Source: Alphaproteobacteria bacterium (GTDB lineage Bacteria; Pseudomonadota; Alphaproteobacteria; CAAHEQ01; UBA3637). Taken from it: a DNA stretch of 64,000 nucleotides. Position 1 is the stretch's first letter, and each line of letters opens with the position of its first letter. The position numbers and the translations under genes were made by a program. This document shows positions 1-9,179 of the stretch, in pieces. A model generated the notes under the pieces. That model worked only from the letters and a program-made list of their open reading frames with translations. It was not told the DNA's origin and made no database searches. The stretch spans positions 41,983 to 105,982 of the forward strand of contig JAZUBA010000050.1 in assembly GCA_045638265.1 (NCBI GenBank). The letters are read 5' to 3'.

Positions 1-352
1 TATTAGATTTGAAACGAACTTTTTTCCGAATCCAATCAGCACATTCACGAGCAATGGCTTTTTGTGTCAATTCATTTCTTAATTTTACTTCAAACTCTGT
101 TCCATACAATCCTTTTTCACGGCTTGTACGAGGAATATAAAACTCTCGTTTTTCTTTTGATGTTTTTTCTTTGATAAATGTAGGAGATGTAAATATAAAT
201 CTTAATTCTGATATATTTTCTAACTGTTTCTTTAAAACTTCATAAGCATATATTGAAAAATAGGCTGCAGCAATAGATAGTTTAGAATTCTTCTTAATTT
301 CAACCTCTAAATCATCTTTTAGAATATTATTTACATTATCAAACATCTTCAT
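1..352 (-). CDS. Partial CDS (N-terminal 117 aa; continues beyond window start); possible PLD-like/helicase-associated N-terminal domain protein
   Basis: ATG at 350-352 on minus strand; translation MKMFDNVNNILKDDLEVEIKKNSKLSIAAAYFSIYAYEVLKKQLENISELRFIF...; the AAYFS..L..L...RFIF pattern resembles N-termini of PLD-like nuclease/helicase fusion proteins; no stop before the window edge. Confidence 0.4.
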   Translation of the reverse strand, partial: MKMFDNVNNILKDDLEVEIKKNSKLSIAAAYFSIYAYEVLKKQLENISELRFIFTSPTFIKEKTSKEKREFYIPRTSREKGLYGTEFEVKLRNELTQKAIARECADWIRKKVRFKSN

Positions 353-639
353 TTTTACATATCCATAGCACTAAACGGGACAAAATATGTCCATATTTTA
401 TGGAATAAAAAATATATAAATAATTATTCTGTATAGAATAATATAACATTTTGTTAAAAATACAATATTTTGTTAAAAAACAGGAGAATTCAAAGAAAAA
501 TTAATTAAAACAAACAAGGTCCTTGCAAAATACAAATATATGTTATAATATGGTAAAAATAAGGGACATTTTATTTCCTATACCCATTTATCCAGTAAAC
601 TATTGTTTTCTTAATAAATAAAAATAAAAGGATTACAAC

Positions 640-1236
640 ATGATTTACGGATATATTCGCGTCTCCACTGATAAGCAAACCACAGAAAACCAAAAATTCG
701 AAATTGAACAATTTTGTCTTCAAAACAAGATTGTTATTGACAAATGGATAACTGAAACCATCAGTGCTACAAAAGAATTAAATAAACGAAAACTTGGAAA
801 ACTGCTCAAACAAATCAAAAATGATGATATTGTAATTGCTACTGAACTGTCTCGCTTGGGTAGAAATTTGTTGCAAGTGATGAGTATTCTACACCATTGT
901 ATGAGTATCGGGTGTCAAGTTTGGACGATTAAAGACAATTATCGTCTTGGAAAGACCATAGAAAGCAAGGTCTTAGCATTTGCCTTTGGTTTGTCTGCTG
1001 AGATTGAAAGAGATCTCATTTCTCAAAGAACAACCGAAGCCTTAAAACGTCTTCAAAATGAAGGAAAAGTCTTAGGTAGACCAAAAGGCAAGAAAAACCC
1101 AAAACGCAAATTAGATGGTAAAATCTTTCAAATTAAAGAACTTTTAGAAAAGAAAGTCTCAAAGAATAAGATTGCTAAAATCCTTAAAGTGGATATTAAA
1201 ACCTTAAATAAGTTCATTTGTGAATGTTTGACTTAA
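640..1236 (+). CDS. Serine recombinase (resolvase/invertase family, Hin/Gin/TnpR-like)
   Basis: N-terminal YIRVSTDKQ catalytic serine motif, ~198 aa size, C-terminal HTH (KIAKILKVDIKTLNKF). Confidence 0.85.
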   Translation: MIYGYIRVSTDKQTTENQKFEIEQFCLQNKIVIDKWITETISATKELNKRKLGKLLKQIKNDDIVIATELSRLGRNLLQVMSILHHCMSIGCQVWTIKDNYRLGKTIESKVLAFAFGLSAEIERDLISQRTTEALKRLQNEGKVLGRPKGKKNPKRKLDGKIFQIKELLEKKVSKNKIAKILKVDIKTLNKFICECLT

Positions 1237-1244
1237 TCTACACT

Positions 1245-1322
1245 CCCAAAGCACAAATTGCCAGATTACTTGGAGTGGATAAACTGACCTTGTATAGATT
1301 CTTAAAGCATTTGGAAAGTTAA
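1245..1322 (+). pseudogene. Orphan resolvase C-terminal HTH fragment
   Basis: Frame translation YTPKAQIARLLGVDKLTLYRFLKHLES* matches the canonical resolvase C-terminal DNA-binding helix; no upstream catalytic domain in frame, and it lies immediately after the stop of the intact recombinase. Confidence 0.45.
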
Positions 1323-1374
1323 GAATAATGTTCTGATTTGTTCAAAAGTGTTTGATGGGGTTAGTTTTCTCCGA

Positions 1375-1470
1375 ACTTTTTTGATTTTTCTCCTTACTTA
1401 AAAAAGTTTTCTCCGAACTTTACTCCGAACTTTTTATAGTTTTCTGTGAACTTTTTAAAATTTTCAGGGA
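1375..1470. repeat. Iteron-like direct repeats (ttttctccgaactttt x4-5)
   Basis: Visible repeated units agttttctccgaactttttt / gttttctccgaacttt / actccgaacttttta / gttttctgtgaacttttta; a palindrome ttttgaacttttttttgttcaaa recurs at ~2000-2030. Confidence 0.6.
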
Positions 1471-2082
1471 ACCTTTTCTGGGTAGCAACATTTCAATTTT
1501 CCCCAAAGCAACCACCCACCAAAACCAGTTGCCACCCCCGAGCAGTTGGTTTTCCCCATTTATATTTGATCAGACTAATGGCCTTTGGCAGTTGGGATTA
1601 ATTGCTTTTTAGACCTAATTACTTTTCCATATAATCCATCCCATTACTTTGGGTTTAGTTATTTAATCCAATGACTATCCACACATGACTCCCATTACAT
1701 TCCTTTGCTGGTTTAATCCAAAGAAAAAAGAGGTCTAATGTCTTTATTTTGACTTATTATAATCTCTTTCTTTTTTATTTCTATTATAAGTACTATTATA
1801 GGCAACAAAAACACCCCTAAACACCAATGAATACAAGGGGTTTAGAGAAATGACCCGAACATAACAGTATCCAATTCCGAAAGTATCTTTCTCCATTACC
1901 GACAATATGCCTTTTTGCCCGAGACACAAAGATCCTCGATTTTAAATTCCTGACAATAAAAGTGTTTTTTACCCGAAATACCGAACACATAAATATTTTT
2001 GAACTTTTTTTTGTTCAAACGAAAATTTGGATATTTACCCGAATAAATAATTGTGCATTACGAGAAAATATAAGGAGTAAAA

Positions 2083-2664
2083 ATGAGTAGTAGTAAAGCA
2101 CAATTATCTATCACAAAACGAGTATTATTAGACTTTGTTAAGTTTAAAACAAACAATAACTTTAAGTTCTTCGGGGGTAATGAATACATCGCCAGTGTGT
2201 TGGATTTAACCAAGAACACTGCAAAGACTTTTGTCAACGACCTTATTCGTGAAGGATATTTATATAAGGAAACAGATAAAAAAGGCAGACGGTTGCTTTC
2301 TTTAACCGGAAAAGAATATAAACCTTTATTTGAGGATTTAACCAATTTAGATAAAAAGGCATTAAGGGAAGAAAACAATGACCTGAAACAAGATAATAAG
2401 TATTTGGAACAAGAACTGGAAACACATAAACACCATGCAAATATGTTGTTATCAGAGAAAACTGACTTAGTTATATCTAATACAGAGTTAAATATCAAAA
2501 TACAAGAACTTGAAGAAAGAATTGCCAAATTAGAAAACAGAACAACAAAGTTGGAGAATATCTTTTATAAGAATGGAATATCTAAAACACAATTAGATGA
2601 GATGATAGAAAAGAATGAGAACATAAAATCCAATACAACCCAAAACGGCATTCAACGGAAATGA
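2083..2664 (+). CDS. Winged-HTH plus coiled-coil protein (Rep-like initiator or regulator)
   Basis: N-terminal wHTH-like segment (KTFVNDLIREGYLYKETDKKGRRLLSLT) followed by heptad-rich coiled-coil; located downstream of iteron-like repeats. Confidence 0.4.
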   Translation: MSSSKAQLSITKRVLLDFVKFKTNNNFKFFGGNEYIASVLDLTKNTAKTFVNDLIREGYLYKETDKKGRRLLSLTGKEYKPLFEDLTNLDKKALREENNDLKQDNKYLEQELETHKHHANMLLSEKTDLVISNTELNIKIQELEERIAKLENRTTKLENIFYKNGISKTQLDEMIEKNENIKSNTTQNGIQRK

Positions 2665-2772
2665 TAGGGTTTTATAGGTATTGATAGGCAAGATATCTTT
2701 ATTTTTCAATGGTTTTTGTATATATCAGAGATATGTTTAAAAATTGTAACATAATTAACAAAAGGAGAAAAT

Positions 2773-4068
2773 ATGTTAGAAAATCAATTTTATGACGATT
2801 ATCAATCCCCGTTAGGATACAGAGCATTAAAGAATGGATATGATACTTATGGGGTTGATCATTCTCAATTTACAACAAGAGAAGAAGTAGAATATCAAGA
2901 CAAACGCATTAAACGAGAAGAAGAACTCATGAAACAACAACGCAATATGGGTATCACAGGCAACTATATACAATACGGTACGAACTTTTGGAATAAATCA
3001 CCCGAAAATAACTATGGTTTCGGTGGTAGTGAAGTATCCAAGAATTCATATACAAATTCGTTGGAAGAAAAACAAAATGCAATCCCACCATTAAATCAAT
3101 ATACAACAGATATGCCTCCAAATTCGGAATTAAGCAATATAATAACACAAAATCAATCTGATTGGGACAAAACATATTTACAGTGCAACAATCAATTTGT
3201 TCAAAAGAATCCACTTCAAAAAGAATACATTAATGCTTATTATTCAAATAATTTAGCCCATCCATACAAAAGTAATCAATTTAACACAAATCCAAACTCT
3301 TTGTATCAAAGTAGCAATTCTTTAGATTATTTAAAACAATCATTTGGTATAAATGATACATATAAACAAACAACATTTAATAGAAATCAACTAAATAATC
3401 TAACAGAAGAAGAATTACGTAATGAATTTGAAAAGGCTTTTCCAATTCTTCAAAGAATTGAAGGATATGTGGGGCATCCTTATTTAGATACTGCTTGTAA
3501 AGATACTTCTGGAACTGGACATTTAATGGATATGAAGAATTTGCAAAACGAAAAGTCCATTGATTTTTCAAATGAAGAAAATCGTATTGCCTATACAAAT
3601 CTTTCAAACAAAATGAAAAAAAATTTTTGTAAAATTGATCCTGATGGAAATTTAACAACAAATGTAAAAGTGCAAAGGCAAACAGAAGTTTATCCAGAGT
3701 TGGCAAGATTTGTTGTTGATGAAGCAACAGATAAAGAAGTTGCTTATAAGCATTTTAAAGAGCGTTTTAAACAATTACGAGAAGCAATGAATGCACAAAA
3801 TCCTCCAATTATTTGGAAAGACTTGAATGATGATTTGAAATATCCTTTTTGGGATGTTTTATATAATCCCGGAAGAAACACACCTGTTTGGAATTGGAAG
3901 ACAAAGAAAACCGGATGGCCAAATTTAATGGAATCCTATTCAAAAAAAGATTATGAATGGGCTAAAAATGAAGTTAAAAGGAAAGATTTAAACGCAAGAA
4001 CATCCGACCTTCAAAAGAAAATAGATGCAGGTGTTAATGCTTTAATAATCAATCAACAAAATTATTAA
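2773..4068 (+). CDS. Hypothetical N/Q/Y-rich protein
   Basis: 431-aa ORF with RBS aaaggagaaaat ATG; low-complexity N/Q-rich N-terminal half. Confidence 0.5.
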   Translation: MLENQFYDDYQSPLGYRALKNGYDTYGVDHSQFTTREEVEYQDKRIKREEELMKQQRNMGITGNYIQYGTNFWNKSPENNYGFGGSEVSKNSYTNSLEEKQNAIPPLNQYTTDMPPNSELSNIITQNQSDWDKTYLQCNNQFVQKNPLQKEYINAYYSNNLAHPYKSNQFNTNPNSLYQSSNSLDYLKQSFGINDTYKQTTFNRNQLNNLTEEELRNEFEKAFPILQRIEGYVGHPYLDTACKDTSGTGHLMDMKNLQNEKSIDFSNEENRIAYTNLSNKMKKNFCKIDPDGNLTTNVKVQRQTEVYPELARFVVDEATDKEVAYKHFKERFKQLREAMNAQNPPIIWKDLNDDLKYPFWDVLYNPGRNTPVWNWKTKKTGWPNLMESYSKKDYEWAKNEVKRKDLNARTSDLQKKIDAGVNALIINQQNY

Positions 4069-5066
4069 CTATTCTTCGTATAACGATCCTCTTCATCATT
4101 TTGATGAAGAGGATGTTTATCTATATCACGCAAATTATAGCAAAACGGAGCTAATGAAAAATAAGGTTTATGGCTTACATGCTGACCAGTTTTAAAATTA
4201 TTAATATTGTTTGTCCATAATACATTTAAATAACAAGGTCCCGTTCCCCGTGGTTCTATTTTTGTATATATTGGGTTTCCATCAACATCCCAACTTTTTA
4301 TGATCGTTTCATCTGGTAAATTTATCAAAACAATATGAGCAGAAGTTGTTAAAGAGTCTTTATCTTTCAAAGCAATACTCATTTCTTCATTTTGAAAATA
4401 TAATGAACAAAGAGGCCAATATTCTCCTTCACACATCAGATAATTCATTGCGGGTTGTCTGAAACGAAATGATGTATCCGAGAATGTTTTTTGTCTTAAT
4501 TCCTTTTCTTTTTCCCTAATAGTTTTGCGTTCAAACTTTTTATCAATTTCAATATGCATTGAACAACCCTCTTTGAGTCGTCTTAATGTTTGTGTATACC
4601 CAGTTTTATCTTTATCATATGGATTTTCCGTATGAACTTTTAATCGACAATTTGTATCATAACTAATATCTTTATATACAAGATGGGGAAGATACCACGT
4701 TTCTTGAAATACTGTTTTAAATTCTTCATCTTTCAACAATTTTATTTCAAAAGATGTTATTTCATTTAAATTGTCTGTTTGAAAAATAAAATAATAATTA
4801 TTTGTAAAAATATAACAAATAGCCTCTGTTGAAGAACAAAAATCTGTTTCGCAAACCAAATGATTTAAATTTTCCTGCTTAAATTTAAAGGATGTATCAA
4901 AGTTATAACGTTTGCTTAATTGATTATGCATATCTTGATATAAAGTATCAGCTTCTTTCTGGTCTTTAAAAACACCTATTGTAGATTTTTGTTCACAATC
5001 TCCCCAGACAGATGTATTCATTCCTAAAAAACAACTAAAAATGATACTTAATATTTTTTTTCGCAT
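4065..5066 (-). CDS. Secreted hypothetical protein with internal two-fold repeat
   Basis: Signal peptide MRKKILSIIFSCFLGMNTSVWG; internal duplication F[DS]TSF[KR]F[KR]Q...N[HY]L[VM]CE... Confidence 0.5.
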   Translation of the reverse strand: MRKKILSIIFSCFLGMNTSVWGDCEQKSTIGVFKDQKEADTLYQDMHNQLSKRYNFDTSFKFKQENLNHLVCETDFCSSTEAICYIFTNNYYFIFQTDNLNEITSFEIKLLKDEEFKTVFQETWYLPHLVYKDISYDTNCRLKVHTENPYDKDKTGYTQTLRRLKEGCSMHIEIDKKFERKTIREKEKELRQKTFSDTSFRFRQPAMNYLMCEGEYWPLCSLYFQNEEMSIALKDKDSLTTSAHIVLINLPDETIIKSWDVDGNPIYTKIEPRGTGPCYLNVLWTNNINNFKTGQHVSHKPYFSLAPFCYNLRDIDKHPLHQNDEEDRYTKNS

Positions 5067-5137
5067 TATCTACCTTTTGGTTTCTTATTGTATTCTATAA
5101 AAAAATATCAAAATCATATATTATTGTCAAGAGATGT

Positions 5138-5425
5138 TTAACAATACAAAGTAACATTGGTAAAATAATTCAACACTCTTGCCCATTGGTTGGGGTTTCG
5201 GATGGCATAATCAAAAGCAGTTAATCCAAACTTGTCTTTTTGAAACGGATTAGCCCCTTGTTCAAGCAAGTATTCAATCGGTTCGGTATTAGAACTCATA
5301 ATACAACACAGATGTAGTAAGGTTGCTTGATTACCATTAACAGGAGCATTGATGTCTATCATTTCAGACAGAATTTCCTTTAAATCTTCAACATCATCTA
5401 TAAAATAGTTATCTTTATTCATCAT
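5138..5425 (-). CDS. Ankyrin-repeat protein (small)
   Basis: ATLLHLCCIMSSNTEPIEYLLEQGANPFQKDKFGLTAFDYAIRN matches ankyrin repeat consensus. Confidence 0.65.
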   Translation of the reverse strand: MMNKDNYFIDDVEDLKEILSEMIDINAPVNGNQATLLHLCCIMSSNTEPIEYLLEQGANPFQKDKFGLTAFDYAIRNPNQWARVLNYFTNVTLYC

Positions 5426-5443
5426 TTTATCATTCCTTTATAG

Positions 5444-6037
5444 TTGTATTTTTATAAGAATACTTATACATTACTTGATACGGAACGATTGATAAATGAA
5501 CATATTACGGCACAAGGCAAAACGCTAGAAGAAACGAATATGGTATTAAACCACAAAAAAGCATTGGATTTTATGTTGAAATCACCTCAATATTATCAAA
5601 ATTTAAGTGTTTCAAAAATTGAAGAAATACATAAACTGTTAGTTGGCGATTTAAATGTAACAACAGGAATACGAGAAAGTATGGTTGGTATTGTTGGAAC
5701 AAATTACAGACCATTAGATAATTCTCATCAAATAAAAGAAGCGTTAGAAAAACTGATACAACTTATTAACCAGACCCAAAATCCCATTGAGAAAGCTTTA
5801 ATTGCCGTATTGATGATTGCTTACATTCAACCATTTGAAGACGGAAACAAACGAACCTCTCGTATTTTAGGAAATGCGATACTCTTGGCAAATAATTATT
5901 GCCCATTATCATATAGAAGTGTTTATGAAGTTGAATATAAGAAAGGTATCATTCTTTTTTATGAACAAAACAATGCTTCCTATTTTAAGCAATTGTTTCT
6001 TGAACAATTTAAACAAGTAGTTCAAAAATATTTTTAA
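5444..6037 (+). CDS. Fic-domain protein with degenerate active-site motif (QPFEDGNKRTSR)
   Basis: Motif IQPFEDGNKRTSRILGNAILL aligns to Fic HPFx[DE]GNGRxxR, but His->Gln and GNGR->GNKR. Confidence 0.6.
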   Translation: MYFYKNTYTLLDTERLINEHITAQGKTLEETNMVLNHKKALDFMLKSPQYYQNLSVSKIEEIHKLLVGDLNVTTGIRESMVGIVGTNYRPLDNSHQIKEALEKLIQLINQTQNPIEKALIAVLMIAYIQPFEDGNKRTSRILGNAILLANNYCPLSYRSVYEVEYKKGIILFYEQNNASYFKQLFLEQFKQVVQKYF

Positions 6038-6225
6038 AAACCTTTAATTTTTTAGATACACAGATTTATTTCTTTTTCAAATATAAAATAAAAATAATAT
6101 TTTTATTGCAAAATATAAAAATATATTATAATCTTTGCTTTGGAATACAAAAAAGATACTATATATTTCTTGTACTATTCTAAATAATTTTTTTGATTTT
6201 TATAAATGTATGAAAGGAATAAAAC

Positions 6226-6873
6226 ATGTCTAATGAAAAAGAACCTAACACAGCAGATGAAAAAGAACCTAGCACAGCAGAATCTATATTTGGATTTATT
6301 ATGTTTTGTGCTCTGATAATATATTGTGTAGGACAAGTAAGATCTTGTACCGAGAAAACAAACTCATCTGATAACAAAGAAACACCAAGCATATCAAGCA
6401 ATGAGCCAACATCTAGCTTGAATGAATGGAAGGAAGACAGAAAAAAAGAGAATATATTGATAAATAATAACTGCAAGCTATTTTTCAACGCCCTTTCAGA
6501 TGCTTTTGCAACAAATTCATATGGAAAAAAATCAGAAAAACCAATACTAAAAGCCATTTCATATGAAATAAAAGATGATTATTCTAATTTTACTCAACCA
6601 TGTGTTATAACTGTTCAAAACATCCATTCCTTTGCTTCAATTTCATCACTATATGGTCGTGCAAAAGCAAAAGACACAGATAACATAACCCACTCTTTAC
6701 TGGTTCATGAGAAGTTATCTTTAGATCCTCAGGATAAAGGTTATATAAAAATTTATAGAACTGAATTAATCAAAGCACCATATACAGAAATGAAAATTTA
6801 TCCTAATGATTATGATAAAACCTTTATAGGTTTAGAATATTATGGTCAGGTTCCTACTGAATATAGCAGATAA
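6226..6873 (+). CDS. Hypothetical membrane-anchored protein
   Basis: 215-aa ORF; acidic N-term then TM segment IFGFIMFCALIIYCVG. Confidence 0.4.
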   Translation: MSNEKEPNTADEKEPSTAESIFGFIMFCALIIYCVGQVRSCTEKTNSSDNKETPSISSNEPTSSLNEWKEDRKKENILINNNCKLFFNALSDAFATNSYGKKSEKPILKAISYEIKDDYSNFTQPCVITVQNIHSFASISSLYGRAKAKDTDNITHSLLVHEKLSLDPQDKGYIKIYRTELIKAPYTEMKIYPNDYDKTFIGLEYYGQVPTEYSR

Positions 6874-6907
6874 TTTTAATTTTTAAACAAGTTAAAAGGA
6901 TTTAATT

Positions 6908-7285
6908 ATGAGTAAAAAATTTATTTTTTATATTTTCATCCAAGTTTTTTCTTTGATGTTATTAAAATCAACCCCTGCAATTGCATCTGTTGAAGAAGAA
7001 ATAAAAGTAATGAAAACAAATGCACAAAACCTAGCGGTTTCATTAGAACCAAGTGTAGCCAAATGCTTTATATCTTTTGTTGAAAAAGCAGTTGAAGATC
7101 AAGAATTTAAAAGAAGACTAAAGATTTGTGTTGAAACAGAAAAAGTACTATCAAACAAAGCTATAAACATGTCAAGAGCCGCTGATTTAGCAAAATGCCA
7201 TTCTTTAAGAATTAAAGTTATAAATGATGGCCTTGAGGCAGGTAAAAAATGTGAAACACGCTACGAATCCAAAATAGATTGGTAA
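6908..7285 (+). CDS. Small secreted hypothetical protein
   Basis: Signal-peptide-like N-term FIFYIFIQVFSLMLLKSTPAIASV; hairpin terminator follows at ~7318-7345. Confidence 0.45.
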   Translation: MSKKFIFYIFIQVFSLMLLKSTPAIASVEEEIKVMKTNAQNLAVSLEPSVAKCFISFVEKAVEDQEFKRRLKICVETEKVLSNKAINMSRAADLAKCHSLRIKVINDGLEAGKKCETRYESKIDW

Positions 7286-7416
7286 TAAAATACTATTTAT
7301 AAATTAAAATAAATTATTAAAACTCTGTCATCCGACAGAGTTTTTTTATATTCATTCCATTATTTAATCATTCTCTAAATAAATACCTGTATAAATTATA
7401 CCAAAGGAATGAATAT

Positions 7417-7839
7417 ATGACAACAGCAATAGAAAAATTAGATGAATTATTGGCAATAATCAGAAACAGAATGATTGAAGTAAAAGGTTTGCAAGAAAAA
7501 GAAGTTGATGAAACAGATGAAGATGAAATTGAACAATCAGAACAAGATGAACTCCCACAACACCCTGATACAGATTATTTAGTCAAGGTATTTAAGTATT
7601 TAAAAGAATTGGGATATATTAACTCTCAATATGAGTTTTCTGAACAGTTTTTAAACAAAAACAAGTATTATTATGGCATGATATTATCAGAACACAGACA
7701 CCCATCCATAGATGCATTACATTATTTAATCAAATCAATCAGCGAACTAAGTGAAACAGAAACCAACAGCCAAAGACTTGATGATTTATATGAAGAAGGA
7801 CACAGTTTGATTACAAAACGATTGTTGAAGAACTATTAG
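7417..7839 (+). CDS. Acidic hypothetical protein
   Basis: 140-aa ORF, D/E-rich. Confidence 0.4.
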   Translation: MTTAIEKLDELLAIIRNRMIEVKGLQEKEVDETDEDEIEQSEQDELPQHPDTDYLVKVFKYLKELGYINSQYEFSEQFLNKNKYYYGMILSEHRHPSIDALHYLIKSISELSETETNSQRLDDLYEEGHSLITKRLLKNY

Positions 7840-7857
7840 AAACCAAAAATTTTGAAA

Positions 7858-8032
7858 ATCCGTTAAATGTCTTAAAGTTCGAGGTTATTCGAAAAATCCA
7901 ATCGGGTAAAAATCATCAATATCCGACAAATCCGTTCGGGAAAAATGGTACTAAAATCTTAAAATATAGGTGTGTCTAAAAGTCTTTATCGGACAAAGTG
8001 ACGTGTAACTGTGACGGGAAGCAGAAAATCAG
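7858..8032. repeat. ~175-bp repeat immediately 3' of tRNA-Thr (copy 1; inverted copy at 51712-51890 3' of tRNA-Asn)
   Basis: gtctttatcggacaaagtgacgtgtaactgtgacgggaag here matches the reverse complement of cttcccgtcacacttgtacgtcactttacccgatatagac at 51718-51757; the similarity extends over ~175 bp. Confidence 0.7.
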
Positions 8033-8082
8033 GAAAATCAAGCAATAAAAAATCCCTTAAAGACAATGCTTTAAGGGAAAAG

Positions 8083-8157
8083 TGGTGCCGCTGGTGAGAA
8101 TCGGACTCACGACCCCTCCCTTACCAAGGGAGTGCGCTACCACTACGCTACAGCGGC
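8083..8157 (-). tRNA. tRNA-Thr (anticodon GGT)
   Basis: Minus-strand read GCCGCTGTAGCGTAGTGGTAGCGCACTCCCTTGGTAAGGGAGGGGTCGTGAGTCCGATTCTCACCAGCGGCACCA; cloverleaf with anticodon loop TTGGTAA. Confidence 0.85.
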
Positions 8158-8345
8158 TTTTGATTTTTTGTTTATATACAATTATCATCTCTTTGTCAAG
8201 TGATTTTTTTCTTGCTGGCTAAATCTTTTTTGCTACATTCATTCAACTTTAATTGTTTTTCGGTTGACTTTATTTTTAATTTGATTAATATTATTTTATC
8301 ATTTAACTTTCTGTATTTCATTTTACCTGATTACCGAGTGAAACA

Positions 8346-9176
8346 ATGCAACCTCAAACGCCTCTTGTATCTATCATTATTCCTTGTTATAATCAAGCTC
8401 ATTATCTAAAAGAATGTTTGGATTCTGTTTTCGCTCAATCTTACCAAAATTTTGAAGTTATCATTGTTAATGACGGTTCTACAAATCCTGATACAACGGA
8501 TATTTTAAATAAATTGACTTATCCGAAATTAACAATTATTCATCAAGAAAATCAAGGCGCTTCCGGCGCTAGAAATACTGCCATAAAAACAGCAAAAGGA
8601 AAATATATTTTACCGTTAGATGCTGATGATAAAATAGCCTCTGCTTTTTTAGAAAAAGCAATCCCTATACTTGAAAACAATGAAAACATCGGTATTGTTG
8701 GCGGATTAACTGAATTTTTTGGAATAAAAACAGGATTATTTCAATTACCGCCTTTTCAGTTTCCAGCTATTTTAAAAGAAAATATGCTTGTTTGCAGTTG
8801 TGTATTTCGTCGGTGTGATTGGGAAAAAGTGGGCGGATATAATACAAATATGATATATGGTTTAGAAGATTGGGATTTTTGGCTCGCATTAATTGAATTG
8901 AAACGGGAAGTTTATCAATTAAATGAAGTATGTTTGTATTACCGCAAAAAAAATGTATCCCGTACAACAGAACTTGAAAAAAACAAAAGTTTGATGGTTA
9001 AACAAATTATTCAAAATCACCCTGCTCTTTATAATGCTTACCCGATATATAAAAAAAAGTTATTGCATAACAATACAAAATTATATAAATTGAAGCGTTT
9101 AATAATCAAACTTGTTTGTTTGATAACGCCTGTACAATCTTGGCGAAAAAAATTGCGTTCTTATTACAAGGGATGA
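8346..9176 (+). CDS. Family 2 glycosyltransferase
   Basis: N-term VSIIIPCYNQAHYLKECLDSVFAQSY, DxD (LDADD), ED motif. Confidence 0.8.
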   Translation: MQPQTPLVSIIIPCYNQAHYLKECLDSVFAQSYQNFEVIIVNDGSTNPDTTDILNKLTYPKLTIIHQENQGASGARNTAIKTAKGKYILPLDADDKIASAFLEKAIPILENNENIGIVGGLTEFFGIKTGLFQLPPFQFPAILKENMLVCSCVFRRCDWEKVGGYNTNMIYGLEDWDFWLALIELKREVYQLNEVCLYYRKKNVSRTTELEKNKSLMVKQIIQNHPALYNAYPIYKKKLLHNNTKLYKLKRLIIKLVCLITPVQSWRKKLRSYYKG

Positions 9177-9179
9177 AAT

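Noticed and set aside
1375-1470. Possible CRISPR array suggested by short direct repeats
   Set aside because: The repeats are ~16 bp and nearly contiguous with 2-8 bp gaps, with no spacer-sized unique segments and no cas genes. They fit iterons or operator repeats, not CRISPR. No CRISPR array was found anywhere in the window.
1490-1560. Unusually GC-rich stretch (ccccaaagcaaccacccaccaaaaccagttgccacccccgagcagttggttttcccc) suggestive of a structured RNA or tRNA fragment
   Set aside because: No cloverleaf, anticodon arm or convincing stem-loop could be folded by eye. It may be a protein-binding site or origin element of the plasmid-like module, so it is reported only as part of that module.
2058-2528. 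Minus-strand ORFs (2058-2528, 2243-2440, 2954-3214, 3377-3727) antisense to the larger plus-strand genes
   Set aside because: They lie fully inside better-supported ORFs on the opposite strand, are low-complexity and lack RBSs. They are typical AT-rich antisense artefacts.
8200-8409. 69-aa ORF upstream of the first glycosyltransferase
   Set aside because: A poly-Phe/Leu/Ile translation of an AT-rich intergenic or promoter region that overlaps the start of the GT gene. It is most likely noncoding.
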